Positions 37,309-46,535 of a stretch of 64,000 nucleotides of DNA are shown one piece after another; within the stretch, counting starts at the first letter, position 1, and the number at the start of each line of letters is the position of its first letter. The position numbers were made by a program, and so were the translations under genes. This DNA comes from Polyangiaceae bacterium (GTDB lineage Bacteria > Myxococcota_A > Polyangia > Polyangiales > Polyangiaceae), in NCBI GenBank assembly GCA_036263015.1, contig DATAHU010000213.1:7683-71682 (forward strand), read 5' to 3'. Below the pieces are notes generated by a model. It did not search any database and was not told the origin of the DNA. It saw only the letters and a list, made by a program, of their open reading frames with translations.

Positions 37309-37815
37309 CTGTCGTGGCGGCGACCGCATCCAACAATCACTGCGCTCGAACAACACAGTCATGTGATTGGAAACGTGTCCTTGTTGACCTCCGTCGTCGC
37401 GGGCGGCGTCCAGGATCGCCCTTCTCCAGTTGCGCCTTGGCGGCCTTGTCCGTCGCTCTCCTCGGCGCTGTCGTCGACCCGACGATCATCAGCAAGTTCG
37501 ACCTGACCGCACCCGCTCCGTGAGAGCGTGCAAGGGGTGCCAGCGAGGTAAAGAAGCGCCAGGCGTTCGAGCTTGAATCCGCGTCGAGCGCCGACTGTAG
37601 TCGCTGTCCCCTTGGTGGGACGGTGGTGTCAAAGCTGGGGGAGGGCCCGACACCGATGCCAACGCAGAGACGAGCGAGGTGCCCCCGTGCGGGGTCGTGT
37701 CGGAGCGAGGCTGCAGCGTTGGTGTGGTACGAAATTCGAGTTCGGTACGATCAATCCTGAGTTGGTGGCTGCTCGGGCTGGGTCTCGCCCGCTCGCGACG
37801 CCGTCTTCGAGGCGT

Positions 37816-39084
37816 TCAAACGACGCTCGGCTCGACGCCAAAGCGGCGCTCGTAGCGTCGCCCATTGAGCAGGACAGAGATGAAGGTGCTACGCACGAAT
37901 AGGGCGTAGCTGAGCAGAGACACGAGCGTCGTTGCGCTGAACACGCAGAGAACTTTCAGAAGTGCTGGCCAGGCCATGGGCGCGAGCATCCCAGCAAACG
38001 TGATCGCAAATGGCAAATGCACGAGGTAAATCCAATACGACGCGTCTGTCAGGTAGCGCAGTAGGGGCTTGGGCGTGCTCGCTCCGCGCAGAGCGAGCCC
38101 AAGCCAGAATAGAACCGCGACCCATGCCAAGAGTGCGCCGAAGAAGCCCGAGGCGATGGACATCGGCGTAACGCCCACGGCGCCTGACTCTATGGCCTCC
38201 AGCGCGCAGACGGAATGCAGCGCGAACAACACGAAGCCCAGACCCGCCTTGATCGCGAGCCCTGTTTGCAGGCGTCGTAGTTCCTCTCGCCAACCGTATA
38301 GAAACCAGCCGAAGCCATAGAAGATGTAATAAGTGAACAGGACCAGCGGGCTGGGGAGCAGGCTCGTGTTCGTTTCGAGTACGCCGCTGGACATGAACGC
38401 GCAGGCACTGCCCACTACTGCTGCAAACGGCAAGATCCCCCAGCGGCTCGCCATGCAGCGCGCAAATAGAGCGTGACAACGCGCGGCAAAGGCCCTCGGG
38501 ACGACTTTGCAGGCGAGTAGCGACAGCGCGTAGTAGCACAACAAATAGTACAAGAACCACAGGTGCCCGGTGTCACCGCGGAACAATGCATCGCGAGCGA
38601 CGGCGAAACTACCGACCCACGATGTTGCTGCACCCAGGCTGCGTTGGTTTGCGTAGAAGAAACCCCATTCTACGAGCGGCAGAAGCAACCCATAACCGAG
38701 CACGAATGGTACGAGCACACGGGTTGCGCGATTGCGTACGAACCGGTCCAAACCGCGGCGCGCGACCAAGAGCGCGGCAAAGAAACCCGCGAGCACGAAG
38801 AACACCGGCATGCGAAACGAGTGCAGTCCCGCCAGTCCGACGTCGCAGGCGAAGTTCGTTTGGGGATCCTTGAAGCCCCACGCATCGCCCAAGGGAATGG
38901 TCGTGTAGGTGGCCAGCGTGTGAACCACCACGCCCAATAACATCATCAGCGCGCGTAGCCCGTCGAAAGCATGGATTCGCTGCGGGCAGGAGGCGCTCAC
39001 GACGCCACGATACTCTAAGTGTGCTGCGCTAGGCACATTGAGCGTTTTGTCAGTTAGGCGTGGCGACTTGCTTGTCGATTCCAT
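37816..39084 (-). CDS. Acyltransferase family 3 (OafA/OpgC-like) membrane protein
   Basis: The family-typical start region is IHAFDGLRALMMLLGVVVH, followed by about 10 TM helices. The track ORF extends to 39519, but that part overlaps a better small ORF in another frame. The start is taken at ATG 39084 and is uncertain. Confidence 0.75.
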   Translation of the reverse strand: MESTSKSPRLTDKTLNVPSAAHLEYRGVVSASCPQRIHAFDGLRALMMLLGVVVHTLATYTTIPLGDAWGFKDPQTNFACDVGLAGLHSFRMPVFFVLAGFFAALLVARRGLDRFVRNRATRVLVPFVLGYGLLLPLVEWGFFYANQRSLGAATSWVGSFAVARDALFRGDTGHLWFLYYLLCYYALSLLACKVVPRAFAARCHALFARCMASRWGILPFAAVVGSACAFMSSGVLETNTSLLPSPLVLFTYYIFYGFGWFLYGWREELRRLQTGLAIKAGLGFVLFALHSVCALEAIESGAVGVTPMSIASGFFGALLAWVAVLFWLGLALRGASTPKPLLRYLTDASYWIYLVHLPFAITFAGMLAPMAWPALLKVLCVFSATTLVSLLSYALFVRSTFISVLLNGRRYERRFGVEPSVV

Positions 39085-39178
39085 CGAGTGCGAGGAAATC
39101 GGCGGCGCAAGGGCTCGCCTTCGCTGCCCGCGATCGGAGTCTGATATCCGACATGTTCTATGCCGTACGGCACCTGGT

Positions 39179-39523
39179 TCATTGGTCACGCTCGGAAGTC
39201 TCCAAGCGGGCCAAGGCGGCCTCGAGGCGCGCAGCCTGCTCGGGGACGCGTCGCACTTGCGCGTCGCACGCCAGGCGCAGTAGGCGCCGGAATTCGTCCT
39301 CAGCGACGATAACCTGTTCATCCGAGACGTGGAACTCGACGCCGTCGAAGGGTTCTTCGCTGGGATCGAGATCCTCTGGAAAGGTACAACCCACGTCGTT
39401 GATCTCGTGCGCGATGCGATTGACCAAATCTTCGACGACGTTGACGAAACGCTGGTCGGCCCAGACGTTGAAGAACGCCTGAACCGGAAATAGGCCTTCG
39501 GGCAACGATAGCCGTTCACTCAT
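39179..39523 (-). CDS. Small acidic cytoplasmic hypothetical protein (114 aa)
   Basis: ATG 39523 has SD GGAG 8 nt upstream. The sequence MSERLSLPEGLFPVQAFFNVWADQRF...EDLDPSEEPFDGVEFHVSDEQ has no signal peptide. It loosely resembles small immunity-type proteins; that is speculative. Confidence 0.55.
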   Translation of the reverse strand: MSERLSLPEGLFPVQAFFNVWADQRFVNVVEDLVNRIAHEINDVGCTFPEDLDPSEEPFDGVEFHVSDEQVIVAEDEFRRLLRLACDAQVRRVPEQAARLEAALARLETSERDQ

Positions 39524-39633
39524 GGCGACACTCCGATTCAATGGCTCTTACGCCTCAGCGCAGTTTCGCCAGTTGGGCGTCGAGGGCCGGACCCTCAGAG
39601 GGAACGGGTGCCTTCTGCGCCCAACCGTCGGCC

Positions 39634-41394
39634 TTACTCGTCGATCAGCCCGTCCATCATCAGCGTGACGTTGCTTTGGAACTTCGGCACATCGGCGAGC
39701 AGCGCGTCTACTGCAGCTTGCCAGTTGGCGCTATCGACTAGCGCGTCATCGGCGATGGCCTCTGTTATTTGCGCGCTCCAGGCGTCGAGCCTTGCTTTTA
39801 CGCTGCTTTCAGAGAACGGGCCCGCGATGAACTCTTCCGTCAGGGCCTTCTGGCTGTCGTAAACCTGTCCTCGCAATAGGCGCAAGAGTGGATCGCAGTC
39901 GATCGCCATCATCTGATAGGAGTTGCCGAGATTGTCGAACCATGCGGTGTAGCCGTCACAACTCTTGGTGATCACGTTCCAGTTCGGAGTGATGTTATCG
40001 CCGTTTGGCTCATTCTCCGTCCAAAAGTTGGGCTCGGGCGTCCAGAAGCTCTTGTCTTGATCCCACGGGATGAGCACGAACTGGCCGCTCTCACTGTCGT
40101 GGTACCAATAGAGGTTGTGATTGGCCGGCGGCGGTCCCCAGCCGAAGTAGAACGCCATCACGCCGTCGAAGTCGTTGATCGCTCGATTGACGACGATGTA
40201 GCGAGCCAAATAGTCGAAGTCGATGTAGGGGGCGAGTTTGCTCGCGAAGTCCGCCTCGGTCGCTGCGAGTACGGTGTCTTTGAAGTTGACGAAATCCGAT
40301 ACGTCCAGCGTTTGCGGGTCGTCATTGGTTCTGAGTGCGGCTTCGGCGTCCGCACTGCCGATGTACTGGGACGGCCAGACCTCCTTGTAGAGGTTTCCGT
40401 CGCCTGATTCGGGGAAGCGGTTGGCCGCGAATCGCCCATCGACCTCTTCCACGGCGGCGAATAGCCCTTGGTATTCACCATTGATGTAGACGCGCGCGTG
40501 TACAGCGCGCGGCGCAAGCACGTCCATGTCGCGGTACAGCGCGTAGCCGAGTCGTTCGCGCATCTTGCTCGGATCCGCCGCCATGGCGTGCAAGTTCAGC
40601 TTCTTCAATCCGTCCAAGCGCGCGTCTTGATCGTAGCGGTTGAAGTCCAGCTTCAGTGAGAAGCGTTGGCAAACGTCGATGTTGCCGAAGAACGGTTCGA
40701 TCCGCACCTTCCGGGTTCCGGTAGCTTGATCCACGCAGCCCCAGATCGAAAATTGGCCCTTGAAGCGGACTGCAATGGACGGAAGCTCGGTATCGTCCAC
40801 GCGCAGCGACGCTTGGACATAACGGTCCTCGTTCACGACCGAGGGAGCGAGCAGCAGCGTCGACAGGTCCATCAACTTGGCGTATTCGCTGTCGGTGAGC
40901 GTCAGGTAGTACGAGTGCACTTGGCTCTCGTCGAATACTTCGTCTCCGATGTGCGCTTTGGGTATTGCTACAGCTGTGGCTGCATCGCGGGCACCGCCCT
41001 CGGGTCTTGACTCTTGTGGTGTTGACTCTTCAGGTGTTGCATCGGCGCCCGAATCTTCAACGCGGCTCTTCACGCCCGTGTCTGCCGCAATGCTCGTTTC
41101 GCCTGCATCTGCCGCAACGCTCGTCGCGCCCGTCATAGGACCGGCGAGCGTGTCGCTCGACGCATCGGTTACGTGCATGTCATCCATTTCGCTCGTCGTG
41201 ACACTGACGCTCGGAGCGTCGGCCGTGCTGATCGCGCCGGAGTCTGGTCCGTGACCGCCCGCAGCTGCGCCGACGTCGTCATTGCCGCACGCCGCAACCG
41301 CGAACACGAATAGAAACAAGCCGCCGACCACGGTACCCATTCGAAAGGACGGCATAGGCATCATGATGGCCCGCGTTCTAACACGCACTGCCAC
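39634..41394 (-). CDS. CotH-family (atypical kinase fold) secreted lipoprotein
   Basis: Lipobox FAVAACGN and an acidic low-complexity linker. CotH-typical blocks: FSLKLDFNRYDQDARLDGLKKLNLHAMAADPSKMRERLGYALYRDMDV, RVYINGEYQGLFAAVEEVDGRF and NLYWYHDSESGQFVLIPWDQDKSF. Confidence 0.8.
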   Translation of the reverse strand: MAVRVRTRAIMMPMPSFRMGTVVGGLFLFVFAVAACGNDDVGAAAGGHGPDSGAISTADAPSVSVTTSEMDDMHVTDASSDTLAGPMTGATSVAADAGETSIAADTGVKSRVEDSGADATPEESTPQESRPEGGARDAATAVAIPKAHIGDEVFDESQVHSYYLTLTDSEYAKLMDLSTLLLAPSVVNEDRYVQASLRVDDTELPSIAVRFKGQFSIWGCVDQATGTRKVRIEPFFGNIDVCQRFSLKLDFNRYDQDARLDGLKKLNLHAMAADPSKMRERLGYALYRDMDVLAPRAVHARVYINGEYQGLFAAVEEVDGRFAANRFPESGDGNLYKEVWPSQYIGSADAEAALRTNDDPQTLDVSDFVNFKDTVLAATEADFASKLAPYIDFDYLARYIVVNRAINDFDGVMAFYFGWGPPPANHNLYWYHDSESGQFVLIPWDQDKSFWTPEPNFWTENEPNGDNITPNWNVITKSCDGYTAWFDNLGNSYQMMAIDCDPLLRLLRGQVYDSQKALTEEFIAGPFSESSVKARLDAWSAQITEAIADDALVDSANWQAAVDALLADVPKFQSNVTLMMDGLIDE

Positions 41395-41489
41395 TCGGCA
41401 AAAGAAAGGAGTCGTGGTTTCATCGTTGGGCTCTTTGTCGAGATCCCCGGGTAGCCTCGTTCAGAAGGACCGCAATATGGAATTCCTTG

Positions 41490-42482
41490 CTAGTCCCCTT
41501 CGACCAGCGCCACGAGGTTCACCTGCAGCAGTGCCACGCGTTCGACCGGTTCGGATTTCTCGATGATCGCTCTAGCCTTTTGCAGATACTCCCGTTGCAG
41601 GCGCCGCAGTTCGTCGAAGTCGCTTCGCGAAACGCCGCAGACGTTGTACGCGCACAGACCGTCCTTTGACGTGGGGGCGCGCTTGCGCGCCACATCGGCC
41701 CAATAAGCTCGATGCAAATGGGCTGTTTCACGGTGCAGCCGCATGTTGAGCGGCGTGGCTTGCTGCACTTGCCAACTCGAGCCGCGGCGCTCGATCTGGC
41801 CGGTGGCCTCGAGCAGCTCGAGCATTTCCCGTTCCTGACTCGGTGTGATGCCGAGTTGCTCAGCGAACCCGGAGCCTGCAACGCCATTCGAACGCGTCAG
41901 TTCTAGGCACCGCAGCAACAACTGGGACATCGGGAAACGCTCTGCGACCTGACGCGCAGCGTGAACTCGTCGCCGCTCGGCTTGCAGGCTTTCGAGGGGC
42001 TTGTTACGGGTGAACGGCTCCAAGAAGTCTACGAGTCGGTGAGTCGAGTGGTGCATCAGGGCCAAGAACTCCCACGCCCGCGGTTCAGCCGCGGCGCTGA
42101 GCCAGCGTGCCAAAGCAAAGCGACTGAAGCCGGTGCGCTCGGCCAAATGCACCAAGGGTGTTGCACCGCGGGCCTCGCTCAGGAAGCGCGCCAGAGTCGC
42201 TAGCTCATAGAGGCACGTCGCCTCCGCCAACCAAGCTGGCGGTTTGACCGGATACAGGCTGCGGAATGCTTGCCCGAGGTCCACGTGCGAACGTGCTGCC
42301 AGCTCCAGCAACTGACTCGCCGACGGCTGACGTCGCCCCGATTCCCAAAAGTAGACGACGTTCGTCTTGAAGCCCAAGCGCCGGCTCAGCGCCGGTTGTG
42401 AACGCTGTCCTCGCAACGAGCGCACCAACTCGCGCGTGAGCTTGCGGAAGTCGATCGACGTATTTCTGATTCGCACATTCAT
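41490..42482 (-). CDS. HTH regulator, paralog A (XRE-like N-terminus; possibly TIGR02147/DUF4423-like)
   Basis: LRGQRSQPALSRRLGFKTNVVYFWESGRRQPSASQLLELA is an XRE-type HTH. A second HTH-like segment follows (LVHLAERTGFSRFALARWL). It is homologous over its full length to ORF 48112..49113. ATG 42482 is preferred to TTG 42491. Confidence 0.7.
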   Translation of the reverse strand: MNVRIRNTSIDFRKLTRELVRSLRGQRSQPALSRRLGFKTNVVYFWESGRRQPSASQLLELAARSHVDLGQAFRSLYPVKPPAWLAEATCLYELATLARFLSEARGATPLVHLAERTGFSRFALARWLSAAAEPRAWEFLALMHHSTHRLVDFLEPFTRNKPLESLQAERRRVHAARQVAERFPMSQLLLRCLELTRSNGVAGSGFAEQLGITPSQEREMLELLEATGQIERRGSSWQVQQATPLNMRLHRETAHLHRAYWADVARKRAPTSKDGLCAYNVCGVSRSDFDELRRLQREYLQKARAIIEKSEPVERVALLQVNLVALVEGD

Positions 42483-42553
42483 ACGCGCCAAAGCACCATG
42501 GTTTGAGCGTTTGCGAACTTGACCCCTCGCCAGGCCGCTGTCAAAGCATCGCT

Positions 42554-43918
42554 ATGGCTTTTTCCGCGGTTCGAGGGGCTTGGGCGTCGCTGGGGTTGCT
42601 GGTCGCGCTGGGCTGTAGCCTGGGCGGACAGACTTACGACGACGGCTCCGACGAGGTGCGGCGGACTACGGGGACCAAGAGCCCCGACGTGGGCGCTCCG
42701 CCTTCCGTCGTTTCACCGAGTGAGCCGAATCCTGCCGACGCTGGTGAATCGCCACAGCGCGGACCGGGCGATAACCCAGAACCCACCGACGCGGGCGGCC
42801 TGCGGGACACGGGGACGTCCGTTGACCCAGCGCCATCCGTCAGCGGAGGGAGGAAACCTGACGGGACCAACCCGGGCCCCGCGTCGGACGACGCAGGTGT
42901 TCCCTTGGATCCCGAAGCGATCTGCGCCGCGCTCGATGCTCAGCAGGGCGAAGCGGTCGCGAAATTGACCGAAAATCCCGACGTCTCGTGCCAGATGGAC
43001 TCGGACTGCGTCACGGTGCAAACGGAGCTGGCCTGCGAGCAGCAGTGCCCCAGCGGGGTGATCGTAAACCGTGAAGCTGCGGCAAGCATCGAACAAGCCA
43101 TCGCCAACCAAAGCGACGAGTTGTGTCCCAAGCGCGACGCTGCGGGTTGCAGCCCGGGTACCCTCGACTGCACGGAGTTCGATCCGGCTCTGGTGCGCTG
43201 CCAAGCGGGCAGCTGCAGTTACGCGACTGGGGTCTGTGACGACGTGCGCAGCGAAGCCACGTCCGCGATCGCCAAGGCCACCGATGCCGTGGAAGTAGGT
43301 TGCTTGGTCGATGCCGACTGCAAGGGGATGGAGCTGAGGAGCTGCGTCGATGCCTGCGGTTCAGTGGTCGTGGGGAGAAAGTCTGACATCCTGGGTTTGC
43401 AAGAGCAGGTCGACAATGCGTGCGAGGCTACGGCCATGGCGCACTGTTCTCGCCAAGAAGAGTGCGTGTTGATTGATCTGTCGACGGACAGCTTCTGCAA
43501 TCAGGGGGTCTGTGCTCCCGGGCTGCGCCGTCAGGATTGCTACGATCCGGAACAGAATCTGGACCAAGCCTACTCGGGCTCGCTCGACGGTTGCGCTTGC
43601 AACGACGAAGGCGCCTTCTGTGGTTCTGGCGTGGCGTTGCAGTGCACGGATGGGTCATGGACTGCGGTGGAAGACGGCGCGTGTTCGATTACCGACCTCG
43701 CTTGCGATGGTCGCTTGGACTCGGCTCGAGCCTGCGTGCAGTTGTTCGATGCTTGCGTGCTCCTCGATACGGGGCGCTATTGCGGCATCGGTCCGCGAAC
43801 GCAGCTGTGCGAGGGCGGCTATATCGCTCAAAGCGAGAGCGACTGTCCCCAGGACGCCGCGTGCATCCAGCTCGACAACGGACTGTGGTGCAGCGGCGCT
43901 ACCGCCGCCACGCCTTGA
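42554..43918 (+). CDS. Cys-rich secreted lipoprotein with an internal duplication
   Basis: ATG 42554 gives MAFSAVRGAWASLGLLVALGCS (lipobox). Pro/Asp-rich linker. Two related Cys modules (DSDCVTVQTELACEQQCPSG... and DADCKGMELRSCVDACGS...). Cys-rich C-terminus. Confidence 0.75.
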   Translation: MAFSAVRGAWASLGLLVALGCSLGGQTYDDGSDEVRRTTGTKSPDVGAPPSVVSPSEPNPADAGESPQRGPGDNPEPTDAGGLRDTGTSVDPAPSVSGGRKPDGTNPGPASDDAGVPLDPEAICAALDAQQGEAVAKLTENPDVSCQMDSDCVTVQTELACEQQCPSGVIVNREAAASIEQAIANQSDELCPKRDAAGCSPGTLDCTEFDPALVRCQAGSCSYATGVCDDVRSEATSAIAKATDAVEVGCLVDADCKGMELRSCVDACGSVVVGRKSDILGLQEQVDNACEATAMAHCSRQEECVLIDLSTDSFCNQGVCAPGLRRQDCYDPEQNLDQAYSGSLDGCACNDEGAFCGSGVALQCTDGSWTAVEDGACSITDLACDGRLDSARACVQLFDACVLLDTGRYCGIGPRTQLCEGGYIAQSESDCPQDAACIQLDNGLWCSGATAATP

Positions 43919-43977
43919 GGCGTAGCGCGAGTCGCTGCGCGCGTGCGGCGCCCAGCGACTTGCCCTGTGGCCTCGAG

Positions 43978-45963
43978 TCAACGATGGCGAACGCGCTGAC
44001 GGTTGTGCGACGCGATCCAGTGACGGAATTTGCGCGCCTCGGCTGTGGTTTCTCCAGGTGAACATTGTTCCGGCGCAGAGCTCGTGTCGGCGCTGAGCAT
44101 GAAGTCCGTGAGCGCCCGTCTGGCACAGTCACTCGAGGGACCAACCCCGTGGCCTTCCTCGGTACCCGTCAAGAGGCGCGAACCGTTGTTGAACCGTTCG
44201 ACCATCGCCTGTGCGTTCGCATACGGCGTCGCGGGATCGTTCAAGCCGTTCAAGACCAGCAGCGCAGGGGATTGCAGATCTTCGGGCACGAGCCTGGGTT
44301 CGGAACGCGGTAAGTCCCAGACCCAGCAATCGGCGAACAGGCTGCCTTGCACAGCGCCGATGCGTGGATCGGACGCGACCAAGTCCAGGTAGTCGTTGAT
44401 CGCGTCGTCCCCGGTGTACACAGCGGGGCAGCCATAGTCGAGCAAGCGAATCATCGCGTTGGCTTGCGCTTCGGTCCAGGCGCTCTCGTCTTCGGTGTCG
44501 AAGCCATTGCCCTGGGACAAAGCAATCGCCGTATCCCAGTTTCCGTTCTCGGCATCGGCGATACCTTGCGCCAACGATACCCAATCTCCTTGCAGCAGGT
44601 ACTCGAGAGCGATCGAGCCCAGCAGGTCGTAAGCTACGCTCTGGCCCTGCCACGTTACTCCTACGCTGAGTTGATCGACTAAGCTGTCGTAGATGAACGC
44701 CGGATCTCCGGCTGGGTTAGCGTACAGGGGGCTCGTTTCGTCGGCCGCTGCCCAAGCGAAGAACCGATCGAGCTGTTCTTCGTATGCCTGCACCGAGTTC
44801 CTGGTGTCGTCGATGATGTTTGGGCCATCGTTGCCGATTGCGACCACCGAGTCCAAAGCGAAGGCCCGCACGTGTTCGGGATACAACTTGGCGTAGAGTG
44901 CCCCTTGAACGGTTCCGTAGGAAACGCCCCAGTAGTTCAACTTCTCTTCGCCCAGCGCAATCCGCACGGACTCCATGTCGCGCGCTACGTTCTCACTATT
45001 GAAATGCGTAAATTCAGTGGGAAAGCGAGCTTGGCACGAAGTCTTGACCAGATACGTGAAGTTCGCGCGCGCGAGCACTTCGTCGATCGCGGTCTGGACG
45101 GCGGGTGGATACCCAGCGTCGCCTGCGTCAGCGTTGCTCGATTCGCTCGAAGCCGCGTCCTGAGTCGACGCGACCGACGCTGACGCGTCACTTGCACTCG
45201 TCATCCCAGCGTCGGGCTGCGCGCCACCCGTTTGCACGCCGGCATCGCCGTTCGCGTTGCTGCCTTGCGCGTCCAGTTCGTCCAGCGTGATGCAGTCCAG
45301 GGGCACGCTATAGCCCGTGCCGCGATTGTCCATCAGCACGATATCGAACGACGGGAACAACTCCATCAGCATGGACAAGTGGTATGGGATGTCGTCAATC
45401 ACGCCCGGGCCTGGTCCGCCGGGGTTGAACATCACGACCCCCGTGCGCGGCTCGGTCGTCGCGCGAATACGCACCAGCGCCAACTTGAGCTTTTCAGCGT
45501 CGGGCTGCGTGTAATCCACGGGCACGTACAGCGCCGTAGCTTCGAGCGGAGCCCCGAAGGTTCCTGTATCTGCGACGATCCAGTCCAAAGTCGTTGCTGC
45601 AGTGCCGCTGTCCATTGGCGTGTCCGCATCGGGTCGTGCGTCAACGGTTGGGATCGAAGAGACTTCCGTCGACGCGTCGAGCGTCGTGACGAGGTCGCTA
45701 CCATCGCTGCCAGTGACGTCGTCAGCGCCAGTGACGTCATCTGCCGTCGGTGAACCAATGTCGTCGGCCGTTTGCGGCGCGTCATCGCTGGGGGCTTGCG
45801 GCGTCGTCGGTTTCGTCGTCGGCTTGGGGCTCGGTGCCTCGTTCGTACCGCCGCCGTCTGCGGGTCCTGCGTCGATGGCACTCTGCGTGCTGCTGTCGTC
45901 GTCCCCGCACGCGGATGCAAAGCACAAGAGCACTGCCGCGGCCCACAATCGCTGTCTTCTCAT
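43978..45963 (-). CDS. Secreted alpha/beta hydrolase, tripeptidyl-aminopeptidase (TAP)-like
   Basis: ATG 45963 gives MRRQRLWAAAVLLCFASACG (lipobox). NPGGPGPG oxyanion region, nucleophile elbow GVSYG, and C-terminal TAP-like block LLVLNGLNDPATPY...GHGV. Low-complexity Asp/Ala/Ser insertions. Confidence 0.75.
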   Translation of the reverse strand: MRRQRLWAAAVLLCFASACGDDDSSTQSAIDAGPADGGGTNEAPSPKPTTKPTTPQAPSDDAPQTADDIGSPTADDVTGADDVTGSDGSDLVTTLDASTEVSSIPTVDARPDADTPMDSGTAATTLDWIVADTGTFGAPLEATALYVPVDYTQPDAEKLKLALVRIRATTEPRTGVVMFNPGGPGPGVIDDIPYHLSMLMELFPSFDIVLMDNRGTGYSVPLDCITLDELDAQGSNANGDAGVQTGGAQPDAGMTSASDASASVASTQDAASSESSNADAGDAGYPPAVQTAIDEVLARANFTYLVKTSCQARFPTEFTHFNSENVARDMESVRIALGEEKLNYWGVSYGTVQGALYAKLYPEHVRAFALDSVVAIGNDGPNIIDDTRNSVQAYEEQLDRFFAWAAADETSPLYANPAGDPAFIYDSLVDQLSVGVTWQGQSVAYDLLGSIALEYLLQGDWVSLAQGIADAENGNWDTAIALSQGNGFDTEDESAWTEAQANAMIRLLDYGCPAVYTGDDAINDYLDLVASDPRIGAVQGSLFADCWVWDLPRSEPRLVPEDLQSPALLVLNGLNDPATPYANAQAMVERFNNGSRLLTGTEEGHGVGPSSDCARRALTDFMLSADTSSAPEQCSPGETTAEARKFRHWIASHNRQRVRHR

Positions 45964-46535
45964 ATCTCGGATCTCCTGGCGCGACGCCCTAGTGTCAGCG
46001 CATTGGTAACTTGGGGCGCGATAGTCCGAGTTACGTCGGGGTGCTGTCTTGTGCGCTATTGCGCCAACCTCTGGAGGCGTCGCGCTTGGCCCGATCCCTG
46101 TATGTTTGTGCGCAGTCGTGCTGCTCCAATGGATCCCTTGGTGTGAGGTCGCCCATCGCGCCAACTATCGGGTCGAGTTCGGCCTCTCGCACTGGGTCAC
46201 CTCCGCAGGTTTACGATTGTTCGCTCTGAGCGCGCAGCCTTCAACGAAGCCCTCGACGGCAGTCTCGGCCGCGCGCTCGTGCGGCGTGAACCCGACGGGG
46301 ATAAAGCGTTGGCGCGCGTGCCAGGCGGTGGGGCCGGGGGCTGCAGTGTTGCACCGAAACGAACGCCGGCAGGCACCCATGGAGTAAGGCCGGCTTGGCG
46401 CGTGAAACACGTTTCGGTTGCTCCGGCGCGTCGTGAAGTTGCCCAATTTCGCTCGGTGCTGGGCTCGTCCGGGGTAGGGAATGTTCGTTTCTGCGTCAGT
46501 ATCCTGCTGCGGTTCTTCGCCACCCACGTCATGGT

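Noticed and set aside
37528-37541. TGGCACCCCTTGCA on the minus strand, in the 37.3-37.8 kb gap.
   Set aside because: The -24/-12 spacing is two nucleotides too short for sigma54, and there is no downstream gene.
39085-39519. The upstream 145 codons of the 567-aa acyltransferase track ORF.
   Set aside because: The sequence is Ser/Arg-rich and non-membrane. It overlaps a better small ORF (39179..39523) that has its own SD.
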